Assembly: GCA_030549835.1 (NCBI GenBank)
Contig: JAUQQR010000001.1
Coordinates: 2,753 to 66,752, forward strand
Length of the DNA: 64,000 bases
Reading direction: 5' to 3'
Origin: Thermoproteota archaeon
GTDB lineage: Archaea > Thermoproteota > Thermoprotei_A > Sulfolobales > Acidilobaceae
In this document: positions 40,318 to 48,687 of the stretch, in pieces
Layout of the letters: every line of letters starts with the position of its first letter
How positions within the stretch are numbered: the stretch's first letter is position 1
The notes under the pieces: generated by a model
The model's database searches: none
Told to the model about the DNA's origin: nothing
The model's input: the letters and a program-made list of their open reading frames with translations, nothing else
Translations under genes and position numbers: made by a program

Positions 40318-41207
40318 CTTATAGTCTTTAAACACCTTAATATATTAGAGACTAAAGCCTCTAACTCCTCACATGCTAGGTATGCTGCTGCATAGTTATA
40401 GTATGGGGCACCTAGTCTAGAGAATAGTGTTAAAACCTTACCTTTATGGTTAAACTTATACCCAAGTGCTGTAGCCTCATGTCCCCTAACTATTAACCTT
40501 GTTTTAGTTAAGTTTAGAGAATACTCTGTAACCCTAGGCCCCCATAGGCTCCCAGCACCTCTAGGGTTTGGAGCCTTATACTCTATAAATTCTGATGGAT
40601 CATTCCATAGTATCTCCTCTAAACTACCTCCCCTATCCCATGCTAGGTATTCTAGGGGGTCTATAGCTTCAGTTATTGTCGGAGGTCCTCCATGTAATGC
40701 TAATATATGGTTTCTAATTATTAGAGCATGAGGTAGCTTATCGAAAAATCTCCTTGAATGAACATATAAGTCGTACCCTATAGATCCGTAGATCTCAAGT
40801 AAAGCTTCACGGTAATCGTGGGGATAAGGGTCTAGACCTTGAGGTGGCTCATGATTACCTCTTAGCAGTATAATCTTCTCTCCTAACTGCTTCTTTAGAT
40901 CATATAGTCTCGCTAGGGTTGCAATTTGACCTTCAGGGGGACCTCTATCAATATAATCTCCTAGAAATACTACTAACCCCCTACCTATTACCTCCAACTC
41001 TTCTAAATTACCTAGTATCTTATCTAATGTATTGTAGTCTCCATGTATATCGCCTATAACTGCTATAGGCCCATTAAAATATTCTAATACTATAACTCCT
41101 CCTCTCCTAAACCCTGTAAGATATCCTCCCTTAGACTCCTCACTATCCATTGTATTGATTAAATCCTCTAATATATCCTTAAACTTACCTACACTAGGTA
41201 GATTCAT
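40314..41207 (-). CDS. PPP-family Ser/Thr protein phosphatase (archaeal PP1-like metallophosphoesterase)
   Basis: GDIHGD, GDYIDRG and GNHE signature triad plus downstream His motifs. Confidence 0.8.
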   Translation of the reverse strand: MNLPSVGKFKDILEDLINTMDSEESKGGYLTGFRRGGVIVLEYFNGPIAVIGDIHGDYNTLDKILGNLEELEVIGRGLVVFLGDYIDRGPPEGQIATLARLYDLKKQLGEKIILLRGNHEPPQGLDPYPHDYREALLEIYGSIGYDLYVHSRRFFDKLPHALIIRNHILALHGGPPTITEAIDPLEYLAWDRGGSLEEILWNDPSEFIEYKAPNPRGAGSLWGPRVTEYSLNLTKTRLIVRGHEATALGYKFNHKGKVLTLFSRLGAPYYNYAAAYLACEELEALVSNILRCLKTIS

Positions 41208-41377
41208 AGTTTAAGCCACCAGAATATTAACATAGTTAAGAATAGAAATTAATTATTATATAGGGGTATATGCTCATAGATGTCGGATTAAGGTCTGATC
41301 TCCTCCCCGCCCTAAAGGGCTAAGCTTTCGGTTGTAACTTTTATAAGCTGAAATATACATTATAGTATTTTGGTTGT

Positions 41378-42352
41378 GTGGCTGTAGAGTGGATGCTAAT
41401 GGAGTCTAAATCTTCAACGGAAACACTATATAAGGTTATTGGAGCTATTTATGGTAATGTAAAAGATTTTACAGTCCTAGATTATCCTAGAAGTCCTTCT
41501 AGGAGGAGTATCGACGTGGGGTTAAAGCTTAAAGATGGGAGGCTTACTCTCCTGAAAGTTGTAGATGACTTAAACTACGTATCTAAGGCTGAGATTGAAG
41601 AGTTAAAGTCTATTGCTTCAGCTATGAATGCTGGAGCATTAATAGTTGCTAGTAGAGTTGGAGGTAAAGAGTTACTAGATGATATGGCTTATGAGAAACA
41701 TGGTATTAAAGTTATTACACCAGAAACTCTTAGAGGCCTAGTATCTGGGAAGGTAAGTATATATGTCTACCAGAGCGGGGAGACATTCAAGGTTAAGGTT
41801 AATAGTGAGATTTTAAGGAGGAAGAGGCTAAAACTAGGATTAAGTCTAGGTAATGTAGCACACGCTATTGGAGCATCTAGGAGAACAGTATATGAGTATG
41901 AGAGGGGAAGTATAGAGCCAGCCCTAGATAAGGCTCAGAAATTAGTAGAAATGTTCGGTGAAGACATACTAGTATCTATAGACGTATTTAAGAGAGTAAA
42001 GCATAGTGAGGCTATGAGAATTAAACCAGACTTAGACTGTGAGAATATAATATTAAAAACACTCTCACAGACAGGGTTCAGAGTAGCTCATGCTAAGAAA
42101 ACAACATTTGATATCGTAGGTAATAGAGGTGGAGTTAAAATATCACTAGTAATAAGGCATGGCAGAGAGAGTATAGATAGCATTATTAATAAGTATATTA
42201 ACTCAAAGAGGCTAAGTAGAGTAGCGGAAACTAAAAACTATACTGTAATTGATGATAATGATATATTAAGATTATTAAAAAAGGAAGACATAGAAGCATA
42301 TACTACAAGAGAGATAATAGATATTATAAAGAGAGAGTTAAAGGAATCTTAA
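41378..42352 (+). CDS. Archaeal HTH (XRE-type) transcriptional regulator with flanking uncharacterised domains
   Basis: The central LKLGLSLGNVAHAIGASRRTVYEYERGSIEPALDKAQKLVEMFG is a Cro/C1-type HTH. The length of about 320 aa fits the conserved archaeal family of putative HTH-type regulators. Confidence 0.6.
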   Translation: MAVEWMLMESKSSTETLYKVIGAIYGNVKDFTVLDYPRSPSRRSIDVGLKLKDGRLTLLKVVDDLNYVSKAEIEELKSIASAMNAGALIVASRVGGKELLDDMAYEKHGIKVITPETLRGLVSGKVSIYVYQSGETFKVKVNSEILRRKRLKLGLSLGNVAHAIGASRRTVYEYERGSIEPALDKAQKLVEMFGEDILVSIDVFKRVKHSEAMRIKPDLDCENIILKTLSQTGFRVAHAKKTTFDIVGNRGGVKISLVIRHGRESIDSIINKYINSKRLSRVAETKNYTVIDDNDILRLLKKEDIEAYTTREIIDIIKRELKES

Positions 42353-42389
42353 ACCTCAAGCCTGTAATAACTCGACGAGATGAAGACTA

Positions 42390-42950
42390 TTGGCTAATAG
42401 TTACTTCATAACTGGAGCTCCTGGAGTAGGTAAGAGTACTATATTCATGGAGATAGTTAGAAATTTAAAAAATCTAGGGTGTATTGTAGGTGGAATATAT
42501 GCGCCTGAGGTTAGAGCTCGAGGACTAAGAGAAGGATTCCAGATAGTAGATATTGAGAATAATGCTAGAGGGTGGCTAGCTAGAGTAGGGGCTCCAGGGA
42601 GACTGAGAGTAGGTAAGTATACTGTCGTAGTTGATGATGTCTTAAAAGTTGGAGTCCCAGCTTTAGAGAAAGCTATTAAGAACGCGCACGTAATAGCTAT
42701 AGATGAGATAGGGCCAATGGAGCTATTAGTACCTCAACTTAAAGAATCTATTATTAAAGGATTAACATGTAGTAAGCCTATCGTGGCCGTAATTCATAGG
42801 AAATTATCTAGTATTAATCCAGAGATTTATGATATTATATTATCCCTGGGTCCTATTGTAGAGGTTACTATAGATAATAGATCTATATTATTAAGACAAG
42901 CTGGGAAGGTGGCTTTAAGTATTGCTAGGGAGGCTGGCTGTAGTAAGTGA
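42390..42950 (+). CDS. THEP1-type nucleoside-triphosphatase
   Basis: Walker A GAPGVGKST and Walker B AIDEIGPMEL. About 180 aa, as in MJ1559-type NTPases. Confidence 0.7.
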   Translation: MANSYFITGAPGVGKSTIFMEIVRNLKNLGCIVGGIYAPEVRARGLREGFQIVDIENNARGWLARVGAPGRLRVGKYTVVVDDVLKVGVPALEKAIKNAHVIAIDEIGPMELLVPQLKESIIKGLTCSKPIVAVIHRKLSSINPEIYDIILSLGPIVEVTIDNRSILLRQAGKVALSIAREAGCSK

Positions 42951-44106
42951 GGGTAAGATTATAGCATACATACCAGACCCGAAAAGTCTAGTTATATCTG
43001 GGAGACTTGAACCAGCATGGCTTCCAGTATTTTATAATCCAGCTATGGAGTTTAATAGAGATTTAAGTGTAATAATCTTATCAGTGTATATTGATAAGTA
43101 TGCTCCACATAAGCCAGTAAATATTGTTGAGCCTCTAGCAGCTACTGGTATAAGGTGTCTTAGGTATGCTGTTGAAGTTGAAGGTGTTAATAAAGTATAC
43201 TGTGGCGATATAGATGTTAAAGCATATAGACTCATAGAGGCTAATATAGGGTTAAATAATCTATGGGATAAAATAATACATACCCTATCAGAAGCTAATG
43301 CCTACATGTATAAGCTTAAGGCTATAGGTGTTCCTATCTTAGTAGTAGATATTGATCCCTACGGTTCACCAGCTCCATTTATTAATGCATCATTAAACCT
43401 CATAGGCAATATGGGGCTACTCATGGTTACAGCTACTGATACTGCTGTATTAGAAGGCTCTAAGAGACTTAAAGCTTTAAGGAGATATCAGATTAATACT
43501 TATAAGATACCACAGTCTAGAGAAGTAGCTGTTAGAGCATTAATAGGGTATATAGCTAGGGTAGCAGCTGGACACGATAAATGGATTAAACCCCTACTAT
43601 CAGCATATATAGATTACTATATTAGGATTTACCTATTAATAGGTAGGAGTGCTCGTAAAGCTCAGGAAATGCTAGATAAAGATATAGGATACGCGTACTA
43701 CTGTAAAGACCTAGCATATGTTACAACAGACCCCAACATCAACGATAATATTAAATGCCATAACAAGATAATGTTAGGCCCGCTCTGGACTGGAGATATT
43801 TTTGATGGAAACCTCCTTGAAGAAGTTACTAGTAGACTAGAATTATATAGTTACATTGGGACTTATAAGAGGATAGTAAGGCTCCTAGAGGTGTTGAGGG
43901 GAGAAGCTAAAATTCAGAGATATATACATCAAAGGCTAGATGCGATAGCTTCTACTTTAAAAACCAAAACACCACCTAGAGATAAGGCTATAGAGGCTTT
44001 GATTAGTAGAGGATTTAAAGCTACCCCTACTCATTTCACTCCTACAGGGCTTAGAACAGATGCCCCGCCTAATGTATTAATAGATACGCTTTTCCTTACT
44101 AGCTAG
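42922..44106 (+). CDS. trm1: tRNA (guanine26-N2)-dimethyltransferase
   Basis: FYNPAMEFNRDLSV, LAATGIRCLRYAVE and DIDPYGSPAPFI motifs. TTG start overlapping the upstream gene by 29 nt. Confidence 0.85.
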   Translation: MLGRLAVVSEGKIIAYIPDPKSLVISGRLEPAWLPVFYNPAMEFNRDLSVIILSVYIDKYAPHKPVNIVEPLAATGIRCLRYAVEVEGVNKVYCGDIDVKAYRLIEANIGLNNLWDKIIHTLSEANAYMYKLKAIGVPILVVDIDPYGSPAPFINASLNLIGNMGLLMVTATDTAVLEGSKRLKALRRYQINTYKIPQSREVAVRALIGYIARVAAGHDKWIKPLLSAYIDYYIRIYLLIGRSARKAQEMLDKDIGYAYYCKDLAYVTTDPNINDNIKCHNKIMLGPLWTGDIFDGNLLEEVTSRLELYSYIGTYKRIVRLLEVLRGEAKIQRYIHQRLDAIASTLKTKTPPRDKAIEALISRGFKATPTHFTPTGLRTDAPPNVLIDTLFLTS

Positions 44107-44478
44107 CATCTTATCTATCCATGAATCTAATAATATACATGTCATAGGCTCATAGAATCCGCCAAGCTCGCATTGATCTATATAGGGGCATACAGTACAT
44201 GGTATTCCAAGTATACTCTCTATGTTAACATGTAGTACTGGATCTCTACTATTACTTTCAACTATATATAATTTAAATGTTTTACGACCATTAACTAGAA
44301 CCTTCTCCCTCCTTATGAGACCCTTCTTTAAAAGTCTCTGAACAAGACGTGATCCTTCTCTACTATCTAACTCTAGCTTTTTCCAAAGCTCACTTTGATA
44401 CATTACTCCACCATTACTTTTAATTAGACCCAAAGCTTTACTCTCATATGACTCTAGCTGTTTTACCAAGCTTAACAC
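44077..44478 (-). CDS. TFE-beta / RPC34-like winged-helix protein with a C-terminal 4-Cys (Fe-S) domain
   Basis: Winged helix (SELWKKLELDSREGSRLVQRLLKKGLI) followed by PCTVCPYIDQCELGGFYEPMTCILLDSWI. This matches my recollection of the RPC34/TFE-beta C-terminal cluster pattern. Confidence 0.55.
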   Translation of the reverse strand: MLSLVKQLESYESKALGLIKSNGGVMYQSELWKKLELDSREGSRLVQRLLKKGLIRREKVLVNGRKTFKLYIVESNSRDPVLHVNIESILGIPCTVCPYIDQCELGGFYEPMTCILLDSWIDKMLASKEKRIY

Positions 44479-44658
44479 CTTATAAATACCCTACCTTTAA
44501 TAAATGTATACGGCAGAGTTTAAATAAAGTATCAATTATAGCCTTAAATAATCATTGTTAAAACTCTGTGCTTTAATACATCTCTAATAAATTGCTAGTA
44601 ATCACTCTACTGCCGAATGCAACGTTTCCGGACTCTATAGCTATTTATATTAGCTGAT

Positions 44659-44936
44659 GCCTAATGTAGCTGTCTCGAGTTTTATAGTTATTCATACTAG
44701 TTTATATCATTCTCCTGCTATAGAGGAAATCTCGTAAACTACCCCTACTATCCCTAATGCTGAGGGCCACCTGGTGAGAGAGTAGAGAGCTTATAAATGA
44801 AAGCCCTCCCCAAAGGGTAGCATTACTCAAAATGTGGAGTGTCCAGAGGCCACCCTAAAAGCCTCCAGAGGGTGATGCAAATCCAAGGCCAACGCAGGAG
44901 AATAAGAGATGAGGCGATGATATCAAAGCTGAATCC
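44659..44936 (+). repeat. Left arm of an 892-bp inverted-repeat cassette (a member of the dispersed repeat family)
   Basis: 29-nt perfect terminal match to the reverse complement of 45522..45550. A 57-nt near-identical core (44755..44811) contains gagagCTTATAAAtg. Further shared blocks run up to the ORF stop codon. Confidence 0.8.
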
Positions 44937-45191
44937 TTAGCTCTTCTTCTTAGCTTCACTAGCATGCTTCTTGAATATGGTGCTCCACATTGTAGGCTCG
45001 ATATCCATAACCCATAGGGGGATCTTCTTGACTAGCTCGTAAGCCTCCTCCCAGCCCTCTAAGCTTAGGGATGCTGCTAGCTGTTCTAGTGTCATCTCAG
45101 TCCTCTTATACTTTCTTAGTATCTTCAGTGTTTCCTCGTTGATCTCAATATCTTTATCCCCAACTCTGATAACTAACCTATCTTCACTCAA
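44937..45191 (-). CDS. Hypothetical 84-aa protein enclosed by the inverted repeats
   Basis: TTG start with its own TATA-like ctatttataagg about 40-50 nt upstream. Charged, with a KKKS tail. No family recognised. Confidence 0.4.
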   Translation of the reverse strand: MSEDRLVIRVGDKDIEINEETLKILRKYKRTEMTLEQLAASLSLEGWEEAYELVKKIPLWVMDIEPTMWSTIFKKHASEAKKKS

Positions 45192-45261
45192 TACTCTATA
45201 ACACCCGGTATAATAGCATAGTAGCCTAGAAGCCTTATAAATAGGTGTTATGGGCTGCGTG

Positions 45262-45550
45262 GGATTCAGCTCTTATATAGATTTATATCGGGTGATTTCA
45301 TAGCCTCATCCCTTGTTCTCCTGCATCCCGCTCGGGTTTTCATCGGGCTTAAGGGCGTTCAGGTGACCCCTAGGCACACCACATTTTAAGTATTCATAGA
45401 GAGCCACCCTAGGGGAGGGCTTCTATTTATAAGCTCTCTACTCTCTCATCAGGTGGCCCTCAGCATTAAGAATAGGTAGATATGGATTATAATCTTCAAT
45501 GATATAAACTAATATAAACATCTATAAAACTCGAGACAGCTACATTAGGC
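45262..45550 (-). repeat. Right arm of the inverted-repeat cassette
   Basis: Its reverse complement aligns block by block with 44659..44936: the 29-nt terminus, the 57-nt core at 45412..45468, aaaatgtgg.., gcaggagaa.aag.gatgagg, and agctgaatcc. Confidence 0.8.
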
Positions 45551-45606
45551 TTGGCTGTAATTCAGCAAGTATTCTTATAGGGTTTAAGCTAGTAGATGCT
45601 TAATAG

Positions 45607-45837
45607 GTGTATGGTTTGCCTCTAGAGATTACTAGTTTAGATAGATTCATTGAGATAGCTAAGAGGGCTGAGGAGTGTAGGGTTAAGAGGGTGAGGAAGA
45701 GTAATATTGTTAAGATTAAAGCTAGGACTAAGAGATACCTATACACATTTAAGACTACAGAAGATAAACTCCAGGAGGTTCTAGGTAAAATCTCGTGTAA
45801 GCAGGTTATTGATGTTGATAAGCAGAGTAAGAGCTAG
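45607..45837 (+). CDS. rpl38e: Ribosomal protein L38e
   Basis: RYLYTFKTTEDKLQEVLGKIS aligns with eukaryotic RPL38 [21 protein letters not shown]. 76 aa and basic. Confidence 0.75.
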   Translation: MYGLPLEITSLDRFIEIAKRAEECRVKRVRKSNIVKIKARTKRYLYTFKTTEDKLQEVLGKISCKQVIDVDKQSKS

Positions 45838-47099
45838 AAGCTTATAGATTCTCCTACACCTGGATTTAGGACTTCAAATCCAAATTCCTCGGTTATCTTA
45901 GATGCTAGGATACTCTGAGCCTTCGGCACACCATGTACTAGTATTACTTTCTCGATATTCTTCATGTTTTTAAGGAGCTCAAGTATACCCCTCTGGTCTA
46001 TATGACTTGAGAAATCAAACCACTCTACTCTAGCCCTAATAGGTATCTCTTCCTGGAGTGCAAACCCCGTCTCTAGTATCTGTCTACCAGGAGTCCCCCT
46101 ACCCTGAAAGCTTACTAGGAATAATGCGTTTCTAGGGTTATCAGCTATTTTCCTTAAATAGTATAGGCTAGGTCCACCCTTAAGCATACCTGAGCTTGCA
46201 ATTATAACCCCAGATTCCTTATAAGCCATCTTCCTGTCATGCCACCCTCTAACTATGTTAAACTCTCTCATAGCCTTAACTAGTAAGCCATACATTCTAA
46301 TATAGCCTGGGTTTTGTAAGTAGAGCTCAGCAACATCCCTAATCATTCCATCAACCCATATAGGCCACCCTGGATCTCTCTCTGCTAGAATACATAGGAT
46401 CTCCTGCCCTCTACTCACACTAAAAGCTGGAATTAAGACTACTCCGTTACCCTCAACAACTTCCCTAATAGACTCATAGAATCTACTCTCAGTCTCCACT
46501 CTCGGGGGGTGATTTGTTGATCCATATGTAGACTCTATAATGACAATATTAGCCTCTAGGTCTCTAAGCTCAGCAGGCCTCATAAGCTTAGTCTCCATAA
46601 CGTTAACATCACTAGTATATAGTATAGTCTTATCTCTAGCCTCAATGAGAACACTAGCACTACCAGGAATATGGCCTGAGGGTAAGAGCTTAAACTTAAA
46701 ATCGCTAACCTCAACAATCTCTCCATAGTTTAAATGAGTACCTCTAGCAATCATCTCAGCTACAATACTCTCATCGAAGGGCAGGTTAGGCCCGCTAAGC
46801 TTAATCATATCATAGAGGAGTAGCCTTGAAACATCTAGGGTTAGGGATGTAGCATATAGGGGAGGCCCACTACTAATATAGAGCATAGGAGCCGCCCCCA
46901 CATGGTCTAGGTGGCTATGAGTTAAAATAAGCGCAGACAAATCCCTAGGCCTAACATGCTCTGGAAATATAGGATTATCTCTCTCATCAAAATTAACACC
47001 ATAATCTAAGAGTATAGAACCACCACTACTTTCAACTAGGATAGCAGCCCTACCAACCTCCCTCCCACTACCAAGTACCCTAATATTACCGCTACTCAT
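45834..47099 (-). CDS. Beta-CASP metallo-beta-lactamase RNase (aCPSF2-like)
   Basis: THSHLDHVG motif, and a 421-aa MBL plus beta-CASP layout without N-terminal KH domains. Confidence 0.8.
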   Translation of the reverse strand: MSSGNIRVLGSGREVGRAAILVESSGGSILLDYGVNFDERDNPIFPEHVRPRDLSALILTHSHLDHVGAAPMLYISSGPPLYATSLTLDVSRLLLYDMIKLSGPNLPFDESIVAEMIARGTHLNYGEIVEVSDFKFKLLPSGHIPGSASVLIEARDKTILYTSDVNVMETKLMRPAELRDLEANIVIIESTYGSTNHPPRVETESRFYESIREVVEGNGVVLIPAFSVSRGQEILCILAERDPGWPIWVDGMIRDVAELYLQNPGYIRMYGLLVKAMREFNIVRGWHDRKMAYKESGVIIASSGMLKGGPSLYYLRKIADNPRNALFLVSFQGRGTPGRQILETGFALQEEIPIRARVEWFDFSSHIDQRGILELLKNMKNIEKVILVHGVPKAQSILASKITEEFGFEVLNPGVGESISF

Positions 47100-47133
47100 G
47101 CTATTTCACAATTAATAAATGAAATTAAGCCTA

Positions 47134-47496
47134 TTAAGTACCACTAAGAGATTTAGAGAGGAGGATTAAGCCATACGCTACTATTAGTGTTAATAGATCT
47201 AAGTCTATATCTCTAAACTCTCTGATAACACCTAGTGTGTGTTTACACCTAGTACATACCCTATAAGTAACCTCTCCTATAATGTATAGGTTAAATAATT
47301 TTTTATCACTATTACCACATACTGGGCATACATATTGATCGAGTGTATAGGAGTATCCGCAGAGGCATCTAAGCTCAATAACATCTCTAGAGAATACCTC
47401 GCCCCTCTCCCTCTTAAATAAACCAAGTATCGGATATAAGCCACATATAGGACATCTGCCTGATAAGTGCCTTAAATCTAAGTGTTTATCCCTCAA
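47134..47496 (-). CDS. Zinc-ribbon protein with an FdhE-like Cys pattern and a C-terminal TM helix (tentative)
   Basis: The pattern CPICG ... RCLCGYSY ... CPVCG ... CTRCKH resembles the rubredoxin-like C-terminal half of FdhE. It is divergent from an fdhD-like gene. Confidence 0.3.
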   Translation of the reverse strand: MRDKHLDLRHLSGRCPICGLYPILGLFKRERGEVFSRDVIELRCLCGYSYTLDQYVCPVCGNSDKKLFNLYIIGEVTYRVCTRCKHTLGVIREFRDIDLDLLTLIVAYGLILLSKSLSGT

Positions 47497-47698
47497 ACTC
47501 TCAAGAGAACTCTCCTAGCTATAAAGCTTACTATTGATTGAGCTTCTTGAATGTCTATACTCCTAATAGCATCTAAGCGTATATCGCCAAAGTCTATGCC
47601 TCTACTCTTAGCTTGGGCTTTAATGGACTCAACTATATCCCTAAGAGTATTCTCCAATACTAAATATTATAGGTTGAGCTTCACTCCTCAACTCTACC

Positions 47699-48411
47699 TT
47701 GACTCTAGTAGACTCCACTATAGCTATTGATGAGAGACTAGACTTATACACTAATGGCAAATTATATACTATGCTTGTTTTAACCTCAGCTCATATTGAG
47801 GAAACAGTATTAGGTGTTCTTATAGGTGATGGTCTAGTATCATCATTATCTGATATTGAGAAAATTGATTTTGACTTAGAGAGTAGAATTACTCAGGTAT
47901 ATTTAAAGGTAAATATTGAACCTAAGAGGTTATTTGTAGAAGATTAGCAGCTAAAGGATTAATAGTGAATTCTAATCTCAAAGTCTCTTGGAAGACTATA
48001 GTCGATATTTTCCTAGATTTTAATAGGAGAACAATCTCTATTACTAAAGGTTTAGCTATGCACACATCAGGCATATATGATTTAGTAAATAGGAGAGCTA
48101 TCATAGCTCATGATGTTAGTAGGCACACTTCTATAGCTAAGCTAGTAGGCCTAGCAGTAACTCATAATATAGCTACTGAAAACTCAATAGTAATCACAAC
48201 TGGGAGAGCATCATCAGATATGGTTATTAGGAGTGCAAATATTAAAGTGCCAATAGTTATATCAACTAGAGGTCCACTCTATAGTGGTTTAACAGCAGCG
48301 TCAATGCTAAGAGTTACACTAATATCATATATTAGGAGAGGAGATGCTATTAGAGGGCTTAGAGTACTTACATACCCAGAGAGAATTATAGATTATTCAA
48401 AGAATTCCTAA
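47699..48411 (+). pseudogene. fdhD: FdhD-like sulfurtransferase split by a frame change (ORFs 47699..47947 and 47965..48411)
   Basis: The N-terminal part has DERLDLYTNG...LTSAHIEETVLGVLIGDGLV. The C-terminal part has AHDVSRHTSIAKLVG and TTGRASSDMVIRSANIKVPIVIS. The second frame is open from 47926 but has no usable upstream start. Confidence 0.6.
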
Positions 48412-48423
48412 TAGATTTTAAAG

Positions 48424-48432
48424 TTTTATATA
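48424..48432 (+). promoter_or_regulatory. TATA-box-like element upstream of tRNA-Phe
   Basis: ttttatata is centred about 30 nt upstream of the mature 5' end. Confidence 0.35.
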
Positions 48433-48457
48433 CTCCGGTTATAATATAATCTTAGGG

Positions 48458-48529
48458 GCCGCCGTAGCTCAGCGGGAGAGCGCCCGGCTGAAGACCGGGT
48501 GGTCGGGGGTTCGAATCCCCCCGGCGGCA
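48458..48529 (+). tRNA. tRNA-Phe (anticodon GAA)
   Basis: Acceptor GCCGCCG/CGGCGGC, anticodon loop CTGAAGA, and T-arm GGGGG-TTCGAAT-CCCCC. No intron and no encoded CCA. Confidence 0.93.
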
Positions 48530-48687
48530 TTTTGCTTCTTGGCGTGTTTGCTTCTATTTATCTGCGTTTGTATATGTTGGGTTTCCGTTGTTAGTTATCT
48601 CTTTTAGTCTTTTGTCTAGTTTTTGTTTCATTTTTTGCCTAAAAGCTTAAATAGGAGTAGCTTTAGTATAGTTTTAGGTGTTTTGTT

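Noticed and set aside
45445-45452. CTGATGAG in the right cassette arm (minus-strand reading). This looks like a hammerhead core, or like a D'-box (CTGA), 8-nt spacer, C'-box (TGATGA) arrangement of a C/D sRNA.
   Set aside because: There is no GAAA or complementary stem II/III for a hammerhead. There is no terminal C box 12 nt upstream and no D box 12 nt downstream. The left arm reads CTGGTGAG, so the motif is not conserved.
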